Below, one piece after another: positions 31,203 to 43,073 of a stretch of 64,000 nt of DNA. The notes below the pieces were generated by a model, which saw nothing but the letters and a program-made list of their open reading frames with translations, was not told the DNA's origin and made no database searches. The DNA lies in NCBI GenBank assembly GCA_020184695.1, contig JAANOX010000096.1:62001-126000 (forward strand), in the 5' to 3' direction. A program made the position numbers and the translations under genes. This stretch comes from Histomonas meleagridis 2922-C6/04-290x. Its lineage: Eukaryota; Protista; Parabasalia. How positions within the stretch are numbered: position 1 is the stretch's first letter; each line of letters starts with the position of its first letter.

Positions 31203-34200
31203 ATGTCAAACAGCGGGAATCTCCAAGAACAAGAAGCCCTTCAACAGTGGGGTGACATTGATGAAAAACCAGTAACTGGGAGTGTTCCTCGAGCTGTTCC
31301 TTTAATAAATTTAATTTCTTATCCAAAAGAAGATGAGTACAATTATAAAGTTGCAATCGGAACAGGCCTTTCATCAACGCTATCTATCATGCAAATTTAT
31401 CAGCTAGATTATTTAATTGAAATTATCGATAAACACATATCTTACATTTATCCGTTAAGATCTACAACTCGTGGCTTAGAGGAAGCCTTAAAAAAGACAA
31501 ATCCTCCTCAAACCAAAATTAATCCAATTGCAACATCAATGTTAAAAAAGTTAATGAATAATTTTAAAACAATCAAACAACATTGTGATGAAACAATTAG
31601 TCAAATTTCAGCAGTATTCCATCAACAAGATTTTTGGTTCAATGGTTATTATAGTGATGTTTTTCTTGATAAATTATTTTATCTTATTTACCGACTAATT
31701 TCTCTTGGTAAGCTTTGCCCAACGAGATCAGCTCTTTCTGATGATATTTCAACTCTTCATAAACTTATAAAGCCCGTTGATAATAGTTTAGTTCCAATGG
31801 AAACTCGTATGTGGATGAACACGCCAAATGCCATCAAAATGTCACTTCTAGACCAGCTTAGTAATCTTCCTTATTCACTTGTTCTTCATATCTTCAACAT
31901 ATTTATCAGACGAATAACAGAATTACTTAATGAAGAACGTTTTATATATCCAAACATGGAAACAGCGGCCATTATTTCACTTCTTTTTATCATAGACTTT
32001 TTCACGAAGATGCAACAAAAAGAAAAATCAGATGCATCTGCCAAAAAGAAAGTCCTTAGAGAAATTCCAAAGACTGTCATACCTCTAATTACTAAGGAGC
32101 GTGCTAAGCATCCGGCTCTTGTCTTAGTTTTTGAATTTGGAGTAGATTTTGATCAATTTATTACTGTTGCAACAGACATTACGCAAAAACTTGGTGGTAA
32201 GCCACGCTTAAACGTCAACCTATTTTCAACCCTTAATGAGCTTAGCGAATGCTTTACAAGTGTTTCGCAAGTGATTTCGAGAATAACCGCCAACGATACG
32301 CCAAGTAAAGAAACCGTCGACCGAATCATAACACTTTTACCAAAGGCATTTCGTTTAATCGGGAACTCTATCCATCTTTTAACCGAATTTGTTATTGATA
32401 AACATGACCATGCGCCGCCTGCTCCAACTACAACAGAATCTGAAGAAGAAGGAAATACTAATAACAAAATGCCAATGAGTAAGTACGAATTAGCAATGAG
32501 ATATGGCTTAAGTGATGACGAACGTGAGAATATAATGCAAATCTTAGCTTTATGTCGTGCATTTCGTGAAATGCTAACAAGTGATTTACCACGATTAAAC
32601 TCAATTATATCCAATTACATCCAAGAAGAGATCCAAATCTTTGTTAAAAACGAACTCGAATCAGCATTAATCAAGCTCAAGACGAAAATGAAAGATAATA
32701 CATTAAGTAATGAACTTGAGAAACTTCGAGCCACAATGGGCTATTTCAAAAGCGACGACGAGATGGTACTTAAGATACGTAATAAAGAGACACCACCGTT
32801 AGTTACCTATGAAGCACATTCGCCACCACATATATCATTATTACAATTATTACGTAGCCAATTACAAATGATCATTAATCCAGAAAGTTCTATAATGTCG
32901 AAAGGCATTTTTTTCTCATCATTAGACAAAGCCACAATTGAGAGCTTTACGAAATTTGTCAAGCAGTCAGAATTTTATTATGATTTATTACAATTAGAGA
33001 AAACATTAAATATTGTTAGTGATCAATCCTCATTATTCTTTAAGGAATTCTTCTTAGATATGTATCGAAAGTCATCGGAAATGAAAAGTCATGCCAAAAG
33101 TGAAACAGCAGTACATTTTCCTATTACTACATCATTACCATATGTATTAATTGATTATGCGATTACACATCCAGAGAAACAAGAATTAATTGGATCATTA
33201 TATTATCCATTAAGTATTTATGATGATGCCGCAAGCAAAGCATTACGTTATTTAGATTCACGTTATTTATTTGAAGAAATTCGTGCAGAAAGTGAAATTT
33301 GTTTATTAACTATATCCAAAATGATTGTTGACTTTGTCTTTGAGAAATTAAAGAATTTCTTTAATCAACAATTCATTGATCAATATAATAATCAATTATT
33401 AAAGAATGGATTTGATAAGATCATCAACACGAATAATAATGATTCATTACGAATTATTCGAATCTTACAACAAAATCAACTTTTCTTATTAGGTAATCAT
33501 ATTGATATTAAGTCTATATATGTATCACGACTTAATGAAATGTTCTTTAATAACATATCGAATAATTTAAAGATTATTACTAATTATGGTATCTTAGGGT
33601 TAATGATATTTTCTAAATCGAATTCGATATTAGAAGAAATGCATAAAACATTTGTTAATTATGGATTGCAACTTACACCATTTAATGATATCATTAAGAC
33701 ATGTTTAGCCATTACTAAGCCTGATAGTTTCCGTAGTAAAATTCTCGAATATATAATAACACATATGATACGTAAGTTAATACCACAATTCTTCTTACAT
33801 TCAAACCCTCATAGATTAGTTCCACCATTAACAGGTGAATCAACAATAAGTAAATTCTTAAAGTCACATAAAATATCAATACCTTCAACACTTAAACAAA
33901 CAGCATCATTTGTAACTGTTGAACATTTCCGTGAATTATTTAAATATATTGATGACGCTTCAATAGTTATTATCATTCAAGAGATTAAGAATTATATTCG
34001 TGAATTATTTAAAGAATTTGTTTCTATTTATAGTGAAACGCATGGAAAAATACGTCGAATTTCAAACGTATCAATTGCAACAAGTTGTCATAAGGCATAT
34101 GATATGTTCGAAGGCGCATATCGATCATTTATGTATGAGAAACAAATCGATGAATTGTTTGGTGTAATGCGTTCAATAGGTAACGCTATAGCTATATCGG

Positions 34201-34868
34201 AAATGTTTGATTACGCATTTTGTTTAAGGCGTTCATCATCACAACAAATATCAAGTTATATATATCAAATTAACCCGGGTAACATTGAAGAGCCTTTAAA
34301 TGATTCATTTTTCTCGACTTTCGATATAAATTTTAGTGAATATAAGAAATATTTTAATGGTATTAATGTAATACCAAACAAATCTGAAATTGCGCCCCCT
34401 TTCATGCAAGAAATTATATCAGAAATAGCAAAAATTTGTACTGATAAATGGGAATTATTCGATGAAACTTCGGGAAATTTATTCGATTTCCAGTCGTATC
34501 GAGGATTCGCTTCTGTTTGGAGTGTTTTGGAATATGTTTTCATACTAAAAGAAGTGTATAGTAAAGAAAGTAATAACGAAAATGAAGAAGAAAATATTAA
34601 GAAAGTAAACAGAGGCGCATTCGCACAGTTCGGAGAAGGCGTTTTGATTTGCGCTGCTGCAATTCTTTGCGTAACAAAACAACAGAACTTGGCAAAGATG
34701 TTGTCAATAGGTGGAAGAATTTCACAAATGAGAAAGACTGACTTGGCAATACTGGAGGAGGACGTGATGCCGAAGTTTTTGGCAGTAGAACAATTGGTGG
34801 AAGAGGCAATGAGCTACTCGACCTCGTCAATAGCACCAACAGTTGAAGCGATTTATGGAAGAAAATAA
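31203..34868 (+). CDS. CYFIP: CYFIP/Sra1/PIR121 family protein (WAVE regulatory complex subunit)
   Basis: FPITTSLPYVLIDYAI..LYYPLSIYDDAASKAL..YLFEEIRAESEICL matches the CYFIP core (FPIEMSMPWIL..LDLYNDSAHYAL..FLYDEIEAEVNLC); ~1220 aa. Confidence 0.85.
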   Translation: MSNSGNLQEQEALQQWGDIDEKPVTGSVPRAVPLINLISYPKEDEYNYKVAIGTGLSSTLSIMQIYQLDYLIEIIDKHISYIYPLRSTTRGLEEALKKTNPPQTKINPIATSMLKKLMNNFKTIKQHCDETISQISAVFHQQDFWFNGYYSDVFLDKLFYLIYRLISLGKLCPTRSALSDDISTLHKLIKPVDNSLVPMETRMWMNTPNAIKMSLLDQLSNLPYSLVLHIFNIFIRRITELLNEERFIYPNMETAAIISLLFIIDFFTKMQQKEKSDASAKKKVLREIPKTVIPLITKERAKHPALVLVFEFGVDFDQFITVATDITQKLGGKPRLNVNLFSTLNELSECFTSVSQVISRITANDTPSKETVDRIITLLPKAFRLIGNSIHLLTEFVIDKHDHAPPAPTTTESEEEGNTNNKMPMSKYELAMRYGLSDDERENIMQILALCRAFREMLTSDLPRLNSIISNYIQEEIQIFVKNELESALIKLKTKMKDNTLSNELEKLRATMGYFKSDDEMVLKIRNKETPPLVTYEAHSPPHISLLQLLRSQLQMIINPESSIMSKGIFFSSLDKATIESFTKFVKQSEFYYDLLQLEKTLNIVSDQSSLFFKEFFLDMYRKSSEMKSHAKSETAVHFPITTSLPYVLIDYAITHPEKQELIGSLYYPLSIYDDAASKALRYLDSRYLFEEIRAESEICLLTISKMIVDFVFEKLKNFFNQQFIDQYNNQLLKNGFDKIINTNNNDSLRIIRILQQNQLFLLGNHIDIKSIYVSRLNEMFFNNISNNLKIITNYGILGLMIFSKSNSILEEMHKTFVNYGLQLTPFNDIIKTCLAITKPDSFRSKILEYIITHMIRKLIPQFFLHSNPHRLVPPLTGESTISKFLKSHKISIPSTLKQTASFVTVEHFRELFKYIDDASIVIIIQEIKNYIRELFKEFVSIYSETHGKIRRISNVSIATSCHKAYDMFEGAYRSFMYEKQIDELFGVMRSIGNAIAISEMFDYAFCLRRSSSQQISSYIYQINPGNIEEPLNDSFFSTFDINFSEYKKYFNGINVIPNKSEIAPPFMQEIISEIAKICTDKWELFDETSGNLFDFQSYRGFASVWSVLEYVFILKEVYSKESNNENEEENIKKVNRGAFAQFGEGVLICAAAILCVTKQQNLAKMLSIGGRISQMRKTDLAILEEDVMPKFLAVEQLVEEAMSYSTSSIAPTVEAIYGRK

Positions 34869-34939
34869 TAAAAATGAAATTATCGAACAAATTAATTCGT
34901 TATAAATTTTGTGACTATTTAACTCGTAAAGAGTTCACA

Positions 34940-35093
34940 AGATGTGTCGTGCGATCTAATCAGCATTTCGATATGTTATGAAATTTATTACACATTTCGA
35001 TATGTTATGTGATATAATTATAATTTTGATATGTGGTGTGATCTAATCCACATTTCGTTATGTCATAAGGTCGAATCCGCATTGCGATATCTG
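34940..35093. repeat. Degenerate 29-nt minisatellite, ~5.3 copies
   Basis: Units start at 34940, 34969, 34998, 35027, 35056, 35085; consensus ~CGATATGTTATGTGATCTAATCCACATTT. Confidence 0.75.
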
Positions 35094-35277
35094 AAAAAAT
35101 ATTTTTTCATAATGTATAATCGATTACAATTTGGAAGTTATCAAAGAAAACATTGATGTTCCATTTCGAAAACTCAGTTAATATATCTTAGAGAAACGAG
35201 TTACAGAAGAAGAAGAAGCACTTTTTTTATTTGGTGGTTAAAAGTGGCAAAAGATTGGCACTTTTCATAAGAGGGGA

Positions 35278-35772
35278 ATGCAAGAACAAGAAAAACAAGT
35301 TTGTATTAATGTAATGGGTAAATTAATGTCGAAACCTCTTGCAAGAAGCTTCGTTGATATTCAATATTTTACTTCTCAATTTCCTCAATTAAACCCGAAT
35401 TTCGAATTTTTTCCTTCAATTCTAGAAAGAGTTAAAAACGATCAATTTACATCTATTGCTCAATTTTCCTCTTACTTCGAAAAAAATTTAAATTTGGTTA
35501 TTAATTCCATTGCCATGTCGGAACATGTTGACCATAATTTGATTGCATTGGATGGTGTGGCCAGGTCATTTATATCATATTTCGGGAAGACGCTTAAAAA
35601 ACAAATGATGAGTGATTTTGAGAGATATAAAGCAAAAATCATTAAATGTAATAATAAAGTAGAAGAAATTAAACAAATCAGACCGCGTGATTACTATGAA
35701 GATGAAGCTATATTTTTACAAGTTTCCTCTTTTAATCCAGATCCAATTCCTCAAAAGGTTTTTCCTACATAA
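35278..35772 (+). CDS. Divergent bromodomain-like protein
   Basis: CINVMGKLMSKPLARSF...ILERVKNDQFTSIAQF resembles trichomonad bromodomain-like proteins; the acetyl-lysine-binding Asn is not evident. Confidence 0.55.
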   Translation: MQEQEKQVCINVMGKLMSKPLARSFVDIQYFTSQFPQLNPNFEFFPSILERVKNDQFTSIAQFSSYFEKNLNLVINSIAMSEHVDHNLIALDGVARSFISYFGKTLKKQMMSDFERYKAKIIKCNNKVEEIKQIRPRDYYEDEAIFLQVSSFNPDPIPQKVFPT

Positions 35773-36462
35773 ATATGATTCCCAAATAATATCAACAGAT
35801 AAATGTTTCACAAAGCGAATTAACATAGAAAAACAACAACTGAATAAAAGTTATTACTTATTGTAATTTATTTTTCTAATCTTCATTTGCAAATAGGAAT
35901 TATGTTTGCAATAAAAAATATTTACAATAATACTTTTAATGTTTGAAATAAGAATATTTATATTTACAATTTTTTTCCCTTTCTATTGGTCATGCTGTTT
36001 CAGTATAAATTTATGTATACATAATTTTCTCATGTTGAAATTGTTGAATTTGTTAATATAATATATTGATAAAATCTTATTAGAAGCACAAAAAATTTGT
36101 TCCATGAATTTCGGGATACTATAGTTTTGCTATTTCGCTACTTTACAACTCTTAAAATATCAGTTTTTTGATGCTGATGAAAACATTCCTGTATATCATA
36201 ATTTTAAAGATAATTTTATTAAAAAATTTATCATTTTTGCTTAAAATAAAAATTATATCAATTATTCATGCTTTACATTAATTTATTTAATAATTTTAGA
36301 GGTATTCCTATTTTATATTTTAATATAAATTAAGACTTTATTATTTGAATGTGGGAGGATAGAATAACCGTTTTAAAACATTTTGAATTAAAAATAATCG
36401 TGTTTGAATTTCAGAAGTTTTTTGATTTTTTGAATGCTATTTGATCGTATTTCATCAAACCA

Positions 36463-37380
36463 ATGGATAAAGTGATTTTAAAATACAAAAATTCGAACTT
36501 TAAAGTAACAAAAGACACGCTGTTTATAAACTCAAAAAAACTTCAAAATATAAAAAGCACTTATGAATTTGAAGAAGATGATTTAGTATCTAATGAATCT
36601 TTTTTAAACTTTCTAGGAGCTTTAACAGGAAACAAATATACAGTAAATTGCAGCAATGTTTACGAGCTCAAGTATCTTGCAAATAAATGGGGATTTAATC
36701 GCTTGAAGAATGAAGCTATTTCATTTATAACTCAATGTAATTCCCCAGAACTCGCTTTATCCAAATTTTTTTACAAAACCAAGTTCAATAAAAATACATC
36801 TGAAATCATCAGAATTATTTCTTCGAATTTTGATCATTATCTTAAATTCAAGAAGATCGATGACATCAATTTTGAAACCTTCAATAAGATAATTACATGT
36901 TCTTCATTCAAATGCTCTGATCAGTTCAGTCTCAAAAATTACATTTTTAACAGATATCAAAAAGACCCAAAATTTTCTACATTTTTTAAATACATAGATC
37001 CATCACTTTTCACAGATAGCGAAAAGAAGTCATTAAAATCAGATCCTAGCATTGATATCAAAATCAATCAATCGATCACATTTGGAGAGCAAATCAAAGA
37101 ACAGCAGAAACAACTTCAACAACTTGAACAAAAGTTACGGGAGTTGTCTGTTTCAAAGGATTCTGATGAATATATCACTTCTCGGTTGGAAAAACTTCGC
37201 AAAAAATTCGACGAAAACATCAAACAAAAGGAAAACCAAAAAGAAACAGAACTACCCGTCGAAGGCTTCTTGCTTTCCCTTAACACAATCAAAGAGTCAT
37301 TGGAGGGAATCGATCTGCGTACACAGGATCTTGAGTATAAGTTTGGTCAAGCGATAAGATTTGCTGAAAGATATAAATAA
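36463..37380 (+). CDS. BTB/POZ-like plus coiled-coil protein
   Basis: VILKYKNSNFKV..LFINSKKL..NCSNVYELKYLANKWGF pattern followed by a C-terminal coiled coil. Confidence 0.55.
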   Translation: MDKVILKYKNSNFKVTKDTLFINSKKLQNIKSTYEFEEDDLVSNESFLNFLGALTGNKYTVNCSNVYELKYLANKWGFNRLKNEAISFITQCNSPELALSKFFYKTKFNKNTSEIIRIISSNFDHYLKFKKIDDINFETFNKIITCSSFKCSDQFSLKNYIFNRYQKDPKFSTFFKYIDPSLFTDSEKKSLKSDPSIDIKINQSITFGEQIKEQQKQLQQLEQKLRELSVSKDSDEYITSRLEKLRKKFDENIKQKENQKETELPVEGFLLSLNTIKESLEGIDLRTQDLEYKFGQAIRFAERYK

Positions 37381-37961
37381 ACTTTTTTGTTAATATTTTT
37401 TTATTTCAACTTGTTAACAAAATATTTTACAAAATTATTTACAAGTTCGATAATAAGTAAAACGTATGCAATATCTATCATTGTTCTTGAATAATTGTTA
37501 CTTTTTTATCTTTAATAGTAAATAATTTTATAGTTTTCTGTATTTATCTATGATTCACAATATGGTTTAAGTGATATTTCATTACTTGTTGAAGGCATAG
37601 TCACTATTGAGTCAGTGAAAAACAGTATCCTGACAACTGGAATCATTGCAATTAATAAAAAAATTTTGTGTCATCATTGAATTTATCCAAATAAAGTGAT
37701 TGTAACTATAAGCAAATTCTCTTGAGTTTAATATATATTTGCAAAAGAATGTTAAATAACATTAATGACTGTTTTAATATGCATCAACGCAAAATGATAA
37801 AATTACATTCTATGAGCGTTAAATTCCAAACGACAATAATTTGCGCAAACCCAAAGTTAATATAGAGTTGAAAATGATTTTTCTGACTGCTTTAAAATGC
37901 ATCGACGCAAAATGAATTCCAAAAATATGTAATTACATTTTATTAGACAACAATTTCATAT

Positions 37962-40900
37962 TTAATTCGACAATATATATGTCACTACCTTACCGAACTT
38001 CAGCAGTTGCACTTCACCTCTTTCTCTAATTTGGTATTTTCCACCGTATATCAGTTCATATACCGATCTCGTTATGTGCAACATTCCGTTCACTCCCATC
38101 AAAGCCATTTCGGATGCCAGCGCGATCACGTTTCCATTCACTTCGAACAGCGGCTTATCCAAATTCAGCAGACAGCAGACGACAGGTCCACCAGTTGCGA
38201 TTCCTATCGAGAACTTAAAGTTATCACCGAATTCGTCTTTAATTTTCTTATTAACATCGACGCCGAAGTCGACCAATTCTTTACAATGCGCATCGCTTAT
38301 GAATTCATCGTTAAATATTCCGGAGATTACATTAAAAGTATTACCGAATCCATCGATTAAGTTTATTGTTGATTTATTACGAGATAATTCATGAAGTATA
38401 TTATATATTCGATTTAAGTTTTGTTGATTACAATTTTCATCGTTAATAAATAATGTTAACGTTGATATCGTTGGAACAAGAAATGAAACATTTTCATTAT
38501 TCATTTTCCGTTCAATGAATTTCGTTGGTATTAATTTACTTAATAATTGTTCAAGTTTCATTTGCTCATCTTTAATTTTGTTGTTTAATTCGATCTTTTT
38601 ACCAATGTCATAAATGATTGCTATGTTTTCGATTTCAGTAATGTTTTGGATTTGAATATTTAAATGATATTGATTTAGATAATATAAATCGGAATTATTT
38701 TGTGTTAATTCATTTGGTATATATATATTATCTCCGATTATGTTTTTAGCTTTTTTATTCATTTTTATTATTTTGTTCTTTTTATTATATATTATGATTC
38801 CATCAATTAAATTATTTAATGCTTCGATATAAATTTTGGAATTTATCGAAAATTTATTATTTTCCGAATTAGAGAAATCGCCGGACATTATATTCATTAT
38901 TTCATTTGATTGTATTAAAAGTTTCGGTGGTACATAAAGTAAACATTTTAACATTGATAATATTTGTGAGTTAATTTTATTTAAGAATATTATTACTAAT
39001 ATTAAAAAGATAACACCAAAAATTTCATATAATATAATTTGGATATAATACGAATTTAAATTATTGTCTTTAATTTCTGATATGATATTAGTAAATGAAT
39101 TAAATACCCTTAAAAAGAAATCATTATATATCGATGTAGTTAATATAATCCATGCGCCACAAAAGTCTTCTGTATTAAAATCGATTTTTTCTAAATTTAA
39201 AATCGAACTTTCATAAATTTGTATTATATAATTCATTGTCATTATAAATAATGAACTTGATGTATAACATTGGATTACATTATCAAATGATATAAATGAT
39301 TCATTTTCACATAAACTTTCTTCATATGTTTCAATTAAATTAAGTCCATAAGTATTAAATGGTTCGGAATAATTAGTACCAAAAAAGAAATCATAATAAT
39401 AATTTTGTGTTTGTTTAAATAAATTTGGTAAATAATTTGTGTCATCAGTAAATGTATAAAAATGAAATATGTCTTCATATCCATTTTCAATTGATGCTTG
39501 TAATAACTCAATATTAAATGAATAAATTAATGATTTAAATGCTAATGAAAACAAATTTAATTGTGTATATGTAATTTGATAACTTTTGAAGGTATTTGAC
39601 ATTAATAAAAATTGACTTATTAAGTTTAATATTGCAATACTTAATACAATGATTACAAATATTGTTAAAATGACAAATATTATATTCGTTTTAGATGTAC
39701 TTCCACTACGTAATAAAGCTATAGCTTTTTGTTCTTGTTTTTGTTTTAATGTATTATAATCATAAGTTTCTTCTATTTCGACATTTTGTGTAATTTTCTT
39801 GTCGTCAAGGTTTTCAATCATTTTAGATATATCTGATTTAGATATATAATTAAAACAATTTAATACATATTTCTCATTCTTTAATACCCATTTAATAATA
39901 ATAATAATGATAATAATTATAATAATAATAATCAAAACAATTAATGATATCATTATCATCTTAAATTCAAATGTCATTTTGTTTGATCGATTAGTAATAT
40001 ATTGGATGATATCATTTGTTATATTATCCATTAAACTTGATAAATGTATAAAATTATTATTAATCGAATGAAAGATTCCATTTTCTATAACTTCATTCAT
40101 ATCATTTGATTCAACAATTTCGATAAAACGTTTCGAAGTCTCAATTAACATTTTTTGGATACTTGTTTTTATATCATTTCTTTCATTATTTAAAAAATAT
40201 TTATACGAATCAATTGAATCATCGATATATAAATTTAAAGCTTCATTTATATCTTCAGAAGTATTTTGATATTCCAATAAATAATATAAATTATCAGAAT
40301 CAATTAATTCTAATGATATATTATTTAATTGTATATTAGTATCACAAGTATTTGATATATAATTATAATTATTACCAAATGTATTACATTGACTTTGAAT
40401 TATATTTTGTTTCTCTAAATATGTTCGATATGATAAACTAAAACCAATTTGTAAATCAACTTGTTTCTTAGTTAAACTCTTTAAAAATTCGCCTGGATTT
40501 GATAATGATTTCTCTGATGATGGATATATAACAAAAATAGATATTAATGGAAATAATGATATAATTATAAACACAATTATTATGAAATAATTTAAACAAA
40601 CTATTGATGGTACTCTAAGATTTTCAATCGTTTGTTTAAATCGTGTAATAATTTTTCGATCATTTTCTTCTTCTAAATCTTCTTCTAAATTCTGTGAATG
40701 TGTTGATGATATAGAACATGTATCTGTTTGAATGGAATTCCCAGAATCAATTTTCCGTATGTTTCGATTCGGTGATACATGTGGTAAATAAGGGAATTGG
40801 ATGAAAGCTGCAATTTGGATTTCATCATTTGATGTAAACATTCCATTACTTAATTGCTTAGATAAAAGTGTTAACTCTTCTGATAATTGATAATCACAAT

Positions 40901-42491
40901 ATATTTCAAGTGCAATTTTCGCACATAATTTTGCAGCATATTGTGAATTAGGATGATATATTCGGAAATATGAATACATTCGATCAATGTTAGCTAAAGG
41001 TTCTTGGAATTTACGTAATAAAGGACCTAAATCACTTGTAGATTCTTGTAATATACTTTTCCAAATTGCTTGAAGTCGGATTTTAGCTGTTTGGATATAA
41101 TGATTACATACTTCAATGCTTTTCTTTAATTCGGGTCGTAATGATGGATCTCTTTTCATTAATATCATTTGGATTTGTTTAACTGTCGATTTATAAAATA
41201 TCGTTTTAGTTCGATTATCTTTTAATGATTGATATATCCATTGAAGTTGTGGCGTTTCTTCAGGATAAATAGCAACAAAACGTGAAAATAATGATAATAC
41301 TTTAATATCATTTGGATGTATTTGAATATAATCTTTAAAGATTTGGAAATTTAAACAATATGGATGATTATCTTGAAATCCAATTAAAAAAATTCGTGAC
41401 AAATCATAAAAACTTTTAATGTTTTCAATCTCTTCATTTTGTAATTGTATCTTTTCTAATTTTTCTAATATTTTACCTTTAGTGAAATTAGCTGTTATTA
41501 AATTCACAAAATAAAATAATAAAAAGAAAATTACATCAATGAAATATATATAAACTTCAATTTGCTTATTAATCGCAATAAATATAATTGAGATAATAGT
41601 GTTGATTAATGATGTCGTCATTATACCATTAAATAATGCTGTTGCTTTCGTTGTAAGTAATATTCCATTTCGATGTGTAACTAACAAGAAAAATAAATAT
41701 GTTAATACATTAATACATAAAATTATGATTTTCGGGATTTTAGGTAAATATCCGGATAAATTGGATATTAATAAGTTTAATGAGAATAATGTTATAAGCC
41801 AACTTTGAAAGCCAAAATGTAAAAGTGGTATTGATGTTTGATAAAATGAAATTCGATTACTATTCATTAAAAAATGATTAGTAATATTGGAAATTAAGAA
41901 AATAATACTAATAACTAATAAGATAATGTTGACAACAGTGCCATTGAATTGTGGATTATTAATAATAATGCCGAGAAAATACCCAACAAATGATCCTAAC
42001 ATTGGATAAAATGTATATTCTACAATACTGGAATAAATGGACCAGAAAGTTACAAAACGTGGTGGCAATGTGCCTTTGTTTCGAAATCGAATGCTTGTAA
42101 AAAATTCCATTGGAAATGTTATCAAATTAAAAAAAAGTACAATACAAAAAAAAACTATGGATACAATATATGAACAAGATGCTGGACAGCCTACTGCGAA
42201 AACAGATAATATATTCATGATTTTAAATTCATAAGTATCTCTGGGCCATAATGAAGAGTTGGAAATATAGAATGAAGAAAAAAGAATTTGGAAATAACGG
42301 TAATATGTCATGAATTTTTGTATGCTAAGGAATTGAGGCATAACAGAATATAAGTAAGCATAAAGATTAATGAAATTATTGATCCATTTCTTGGCTACGG
42401 ACTCTTTCTTGAACATCTGCTTAATAGCTTTTAGTCTGTTGTTGGATGTAGAATTGGAGGCTGATGTGCTTTCTCCAATTTCTTCTTTCAT
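37962..42491 (-). CDS. Multi-pass transmembrane adenylate/guanylate cyclase family protein with degenerate catalytic domain
   Basis: Several TM clusters; C-terminal class III cyclase-like FSIGIATGGPVVCCLL..PLFEVNGNVIALASEM..LHITRSVYEL. Confidence 0.8.
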   Translation of the reverse strand: MKEEIGESTSASNSTSNNRLKAIKQMFKKESVAKKWINNFINLYAYLYSVMPQFLSIQKFMTYYRYFQILFSSFYISNSSLWPRDTYEFKIMNILSVFAVGCPASCSYIVSIVFFCIVLFFNLITFPMEFFTSIRFRNKGTLPPRFVTFWSIYSSIVEYTFYPMLGSFVGYFLGIIINNPQFNGTVVNIILLVISIIFLISNITNHFLMNSNRISFYQTSIPLLHFGFQSWLITLFSLNLLISNLSGYLPKIPKIIILCINVLTYLFFLLVTHRNGILLTTKATALFNGIMTTSLINTIISIIFIAINKQIEVYIYFIDVIFFLLFYFVNLITANFTKGKILEKLEKIQLQNEEIENIKSFYDLSRIFLIGFQDNHPYCLNFQIFKDYIQIHPNDIKVLSLFSRFVAIYPEETPQLQWIYQSLKDNRTKTIFYKSTVKQIQMILMKRDPSLRPELKKSIEVCNHYIQTAKIRLQAIWKSILQESTSDLGPLLRKFQEPLANIDRMYSYFRIYHPNSQYAAKLCAKIALEIYCDYQLSEELTLLSKQLSNGMFTSNDEIQIAAFIQFPYLPHVSPNRNIRKIDSGNSIQTDTCSISSTHSQNLEEDLEEENDRKIITRFKQTIENLRVPSIVCLNYFIIIVFIIISLFPLISIFVIYPSSEKSLSNPGEFLKSLTKKQVDLQIGFSLSYRTYLEKQNIIQSQCNTFGNNYNYISNTCDTNIQLNNISLELIDSDNLYYLLEYQNTSEDINEALNLYIDDSIDSYKYFLNNERNDIKTSIQKMLIETSKRFIEIVESNDMNEVIENGIFHSINNNFIHLSSLMDNITNDIIQYITNRSNKMTFEFKMIMISLIVLIIIIIIIIIIIIIKWVLKNEKYVLNCFNYISKSDISKMIENLDDKKITQNVEIEETYDYNTLKQKQEQKAIALLRSGSTSKTNIIFVILTIFVIIVLSIAILNLISQFLLMSNTFKSYQITYTQLNLFSLAFKSLIYSFNIELLQASIENGYEDIFHFYTFTDDTNYLPNLFKQTQNYYYDFFFGTNYSEPFNTYGLNLIETYEESLCENESFISFDNVIQCYTSSSLFIMTMNYIIQIYESSILNLEKIDFNTEDFCGAWIILTTSIYNDFFLRVFNSFTNIISEIKDNNLNSYYIQIILYEIFGVIFLILVIIFLNKINSQILSMLKCLLYVPPKLLIQSNEIMNIMSGDFSNSENNKFSINSKIYIEALNNLIDGIIIYNKKNKIIKMNKKAKNIIGDNIYIPNELTQNNSDLYYLNQYHLNIQIQNITEIENIAIIYDIGKKIELNNKIKDEQMKLEQLLSKLIPTKFIERKMNNENVSFLVPTISTLTLFINDENCNQQNLNRIYNILHELSRNKSTINLIDGFGNTFNVISGIFNDEFISDAHCKELVDFGVDVNKKIKDEFGDNFKFSIGIATGGPVVCCLLNLDKPLFEVNGNVIALASEMALMGVNGMLHITRSVYELIYGGKYQIRERGEVQLLKFGKVVTYILSN

Positions 42492-43073
42492 TTAAAATCT
42501 GGGCACCCCACAAATATTCGTTATTTTGTTGACAAAAAAACAATGCTTGCCAACAATTGTACGAATTGAATTTTGGAGTTTTTGAAAGGTCAAACATTTT
42601 GGTTATTGATTCTTTATTTCAATTTTCAAAACGCAGTTAATTAACTGTTAGCAACAATTTACAACCATATTTGAATGTAACATTTTTAAAAAGTGGATTT
42701 GTGTAAAATGTAAATTTATACGAAATTTGATTTTTTCGACGTGGTTAACCTGTTTTAGGAAATAAAAATCTATGTAGTTTAAATATTACATTTGATAGAT
42801 GCTAAATTAAATTGTGTTGACTAAACTTTATTTATATAAGTATTATTTTCTGGATTTTATCGATGATTATAACTGAATTTTTGGTTCGTTTAACGTATTA
42901 CTGTAAAAATCATCGACCGTTTATAATATCAATGCTTACTGTAAAAATAGATTTTCTCATCTGATATTTTATTATTATAATTCTTGTATAACAAGATTTT
43001 ACAGATATTAAGTTATTTCATTTTAAAATAATATTAGTGTATATTTTATTTAATTCTAAATATAAACAAAAAA

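Noticed and set aside
39895-39940. (ATA/ATT)n trinucleotide run
   Set aside because: Encodes the poly-Ile transmembrane helix of the cyclase; ordinary low complexity.
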